The notes beneath the pieces are model-generated. The model was not told the origin of the DNA and searched no databases. It saw only the letters and a list, made by a program, of their open reading frames with translations. Both the position numbers and the translations under genes were made by a program. DNA of 64,000 nt from Malacoraja senta (taxonomy: Eukaryota): positions 6,264,001 to 6,328,000 of the forward strand of contig CM075995.1 of the NCBI GenBank assembly GCA_038087875.1, read 5' to 3'. This document shows positions 62,661-64,000 of this stretch, piece by piece (position 1 is the first letter of the stretch; the number at the start of each line of letters is the position of its first letter).

Positions 62661-64000
62661 GGTCTCTGTACGAGAAAGCACTTTATATTCTAATAATTTA
62701 ACGACCAAGAAAAATCGCAACATTTCATATTGTTCTTCGTGACCATTTTCTTGATTCACCATCAACTCCTCAGCCAGAAAATCTAATCCTCACTCTTCAG
62801 AAGTTTGCAATGTATCAGGTTCCCGTATAACTATTGATTTTAGTGAAAGAGTCTCAGGATCTCAGTCACATCTTACTTTTATACAACTTCTGATTCTGGC
62901 GTTATTCCTGATAAATTTTAGCATTATGATTTTCTGCAGGTTTAAAGACCTTTTTAAGATATTCAGAACTGCACCCAACTCCCAACCAATAGTTTGGATA
63001 GATCCATCCTTACCTCTCTTCCACAGTGGTCTAAAGCTAGATGATTTTAACAATTTAAATTCACTCTTCTAAATTGTATTAACTTGCATGCATTCATCTA
63101 TTCTACATACTTGTCAAGTTCCATTCATGAAGTATATAAACTGCCATCTTATGAGAAAAATTGAATCCTTTTGCCTTAGATTATAAATGTCATATCTGTA
63201 TTCATTCTGCTGGTTGCTTTATGTTACTCCCCAACCTCCCCCCATGAATATTTTGCAGTTTACAATATTTGCTCACCACATACTTTGTATCAAGCAATTC
63301 AATACATCTGTCCAAAGCATCTAGATATGGAGAACAAATCTGCTTCAGTACAGACTTCTACGGCATGCTACTTCCAATTCACCTCTATCCAAATTATATC
63401 TATTTGCTTTAATCTGCTTTCCTGTCCATCGATTTTCCATCTATGCCACAGCATCACGTATTTCTCACCCGATTTTCTTTCTAAAAAGAGGCCTCACACA
63501 ACAGGTCAACAAATTCATTCAGAGTCCAGTGACAATCCTAATCCATTCTCAAATATACTACAATGCCAAAACACCTTGTTCAACCATAAACATCAATCTT
63601 ATCCTCACATAACTAATTTTGCTTTGATATTTGCAGCTGCTCTATTGTTTTTAAACAGAATGATGGTCATGAGGTAATCAAACCTCTAAATATAATAAAT
63701 TAATTACAAATTATGGATTTCAATTGTTTGTCCAAAAGTAACATGAGGTGACAAATCAAGTTTTGTTATGGTAGTCAAAATTATTACATTTGTTTTCATA
63801 TTTCCAAAACAAATCAGACCCTGTAGCTTGAGACTCAATGAACATGGCTTTCACTTGGCAAGAGGATGATGGTAATTATTAATAATCATATTAAGTTTTT
63901 ATTCTGTTAATCACCATTTTAATGGCCTTAATATTCAATTAATATATAGTTGGAGCAGTTTCCTGTCTGAATGCTAATTCACAAAGAAAATCAGTCAGAA

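Overview
Vertebrate intronic DNA, very likely from a cartilaginous fish (skate/ray-like, judged from the repeat families). It holds three coding exons of OSBPL10 on the minus strand (53053-53132, 33317-33508, 29700-29907). Most of the remainder is nested transposable elements: CR1 LINEs with an esterase ORF1, two L1-clade LINEs, a Crack/L2-group LINE, Rex1/Babar-like LINE fragments, Penelope-like elements with minimal hammerhead-like motifs, a structurally complete but decayed DIRS tyrosine-recombinase retrotransposon, a Tc1 transposon, MITEs, SINEs and a deleted endogenous retrovirus. The most unusual structure is a 10.6-kb ERV block (4718-15350) bounded by one 4-bp target-site duplication, arranged LTR-internal-LTR-PBS-leader-[L1 ORF2+polyA]-R/U5. 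The L1 poly(A) joins the last LTR piece at the predicted transcription start site, suggesting capture of an L1 mRNA during retroviral reverse transcription. Family assignments come from motif recognition only, with no database searches, and many TE boundaries are approximate.
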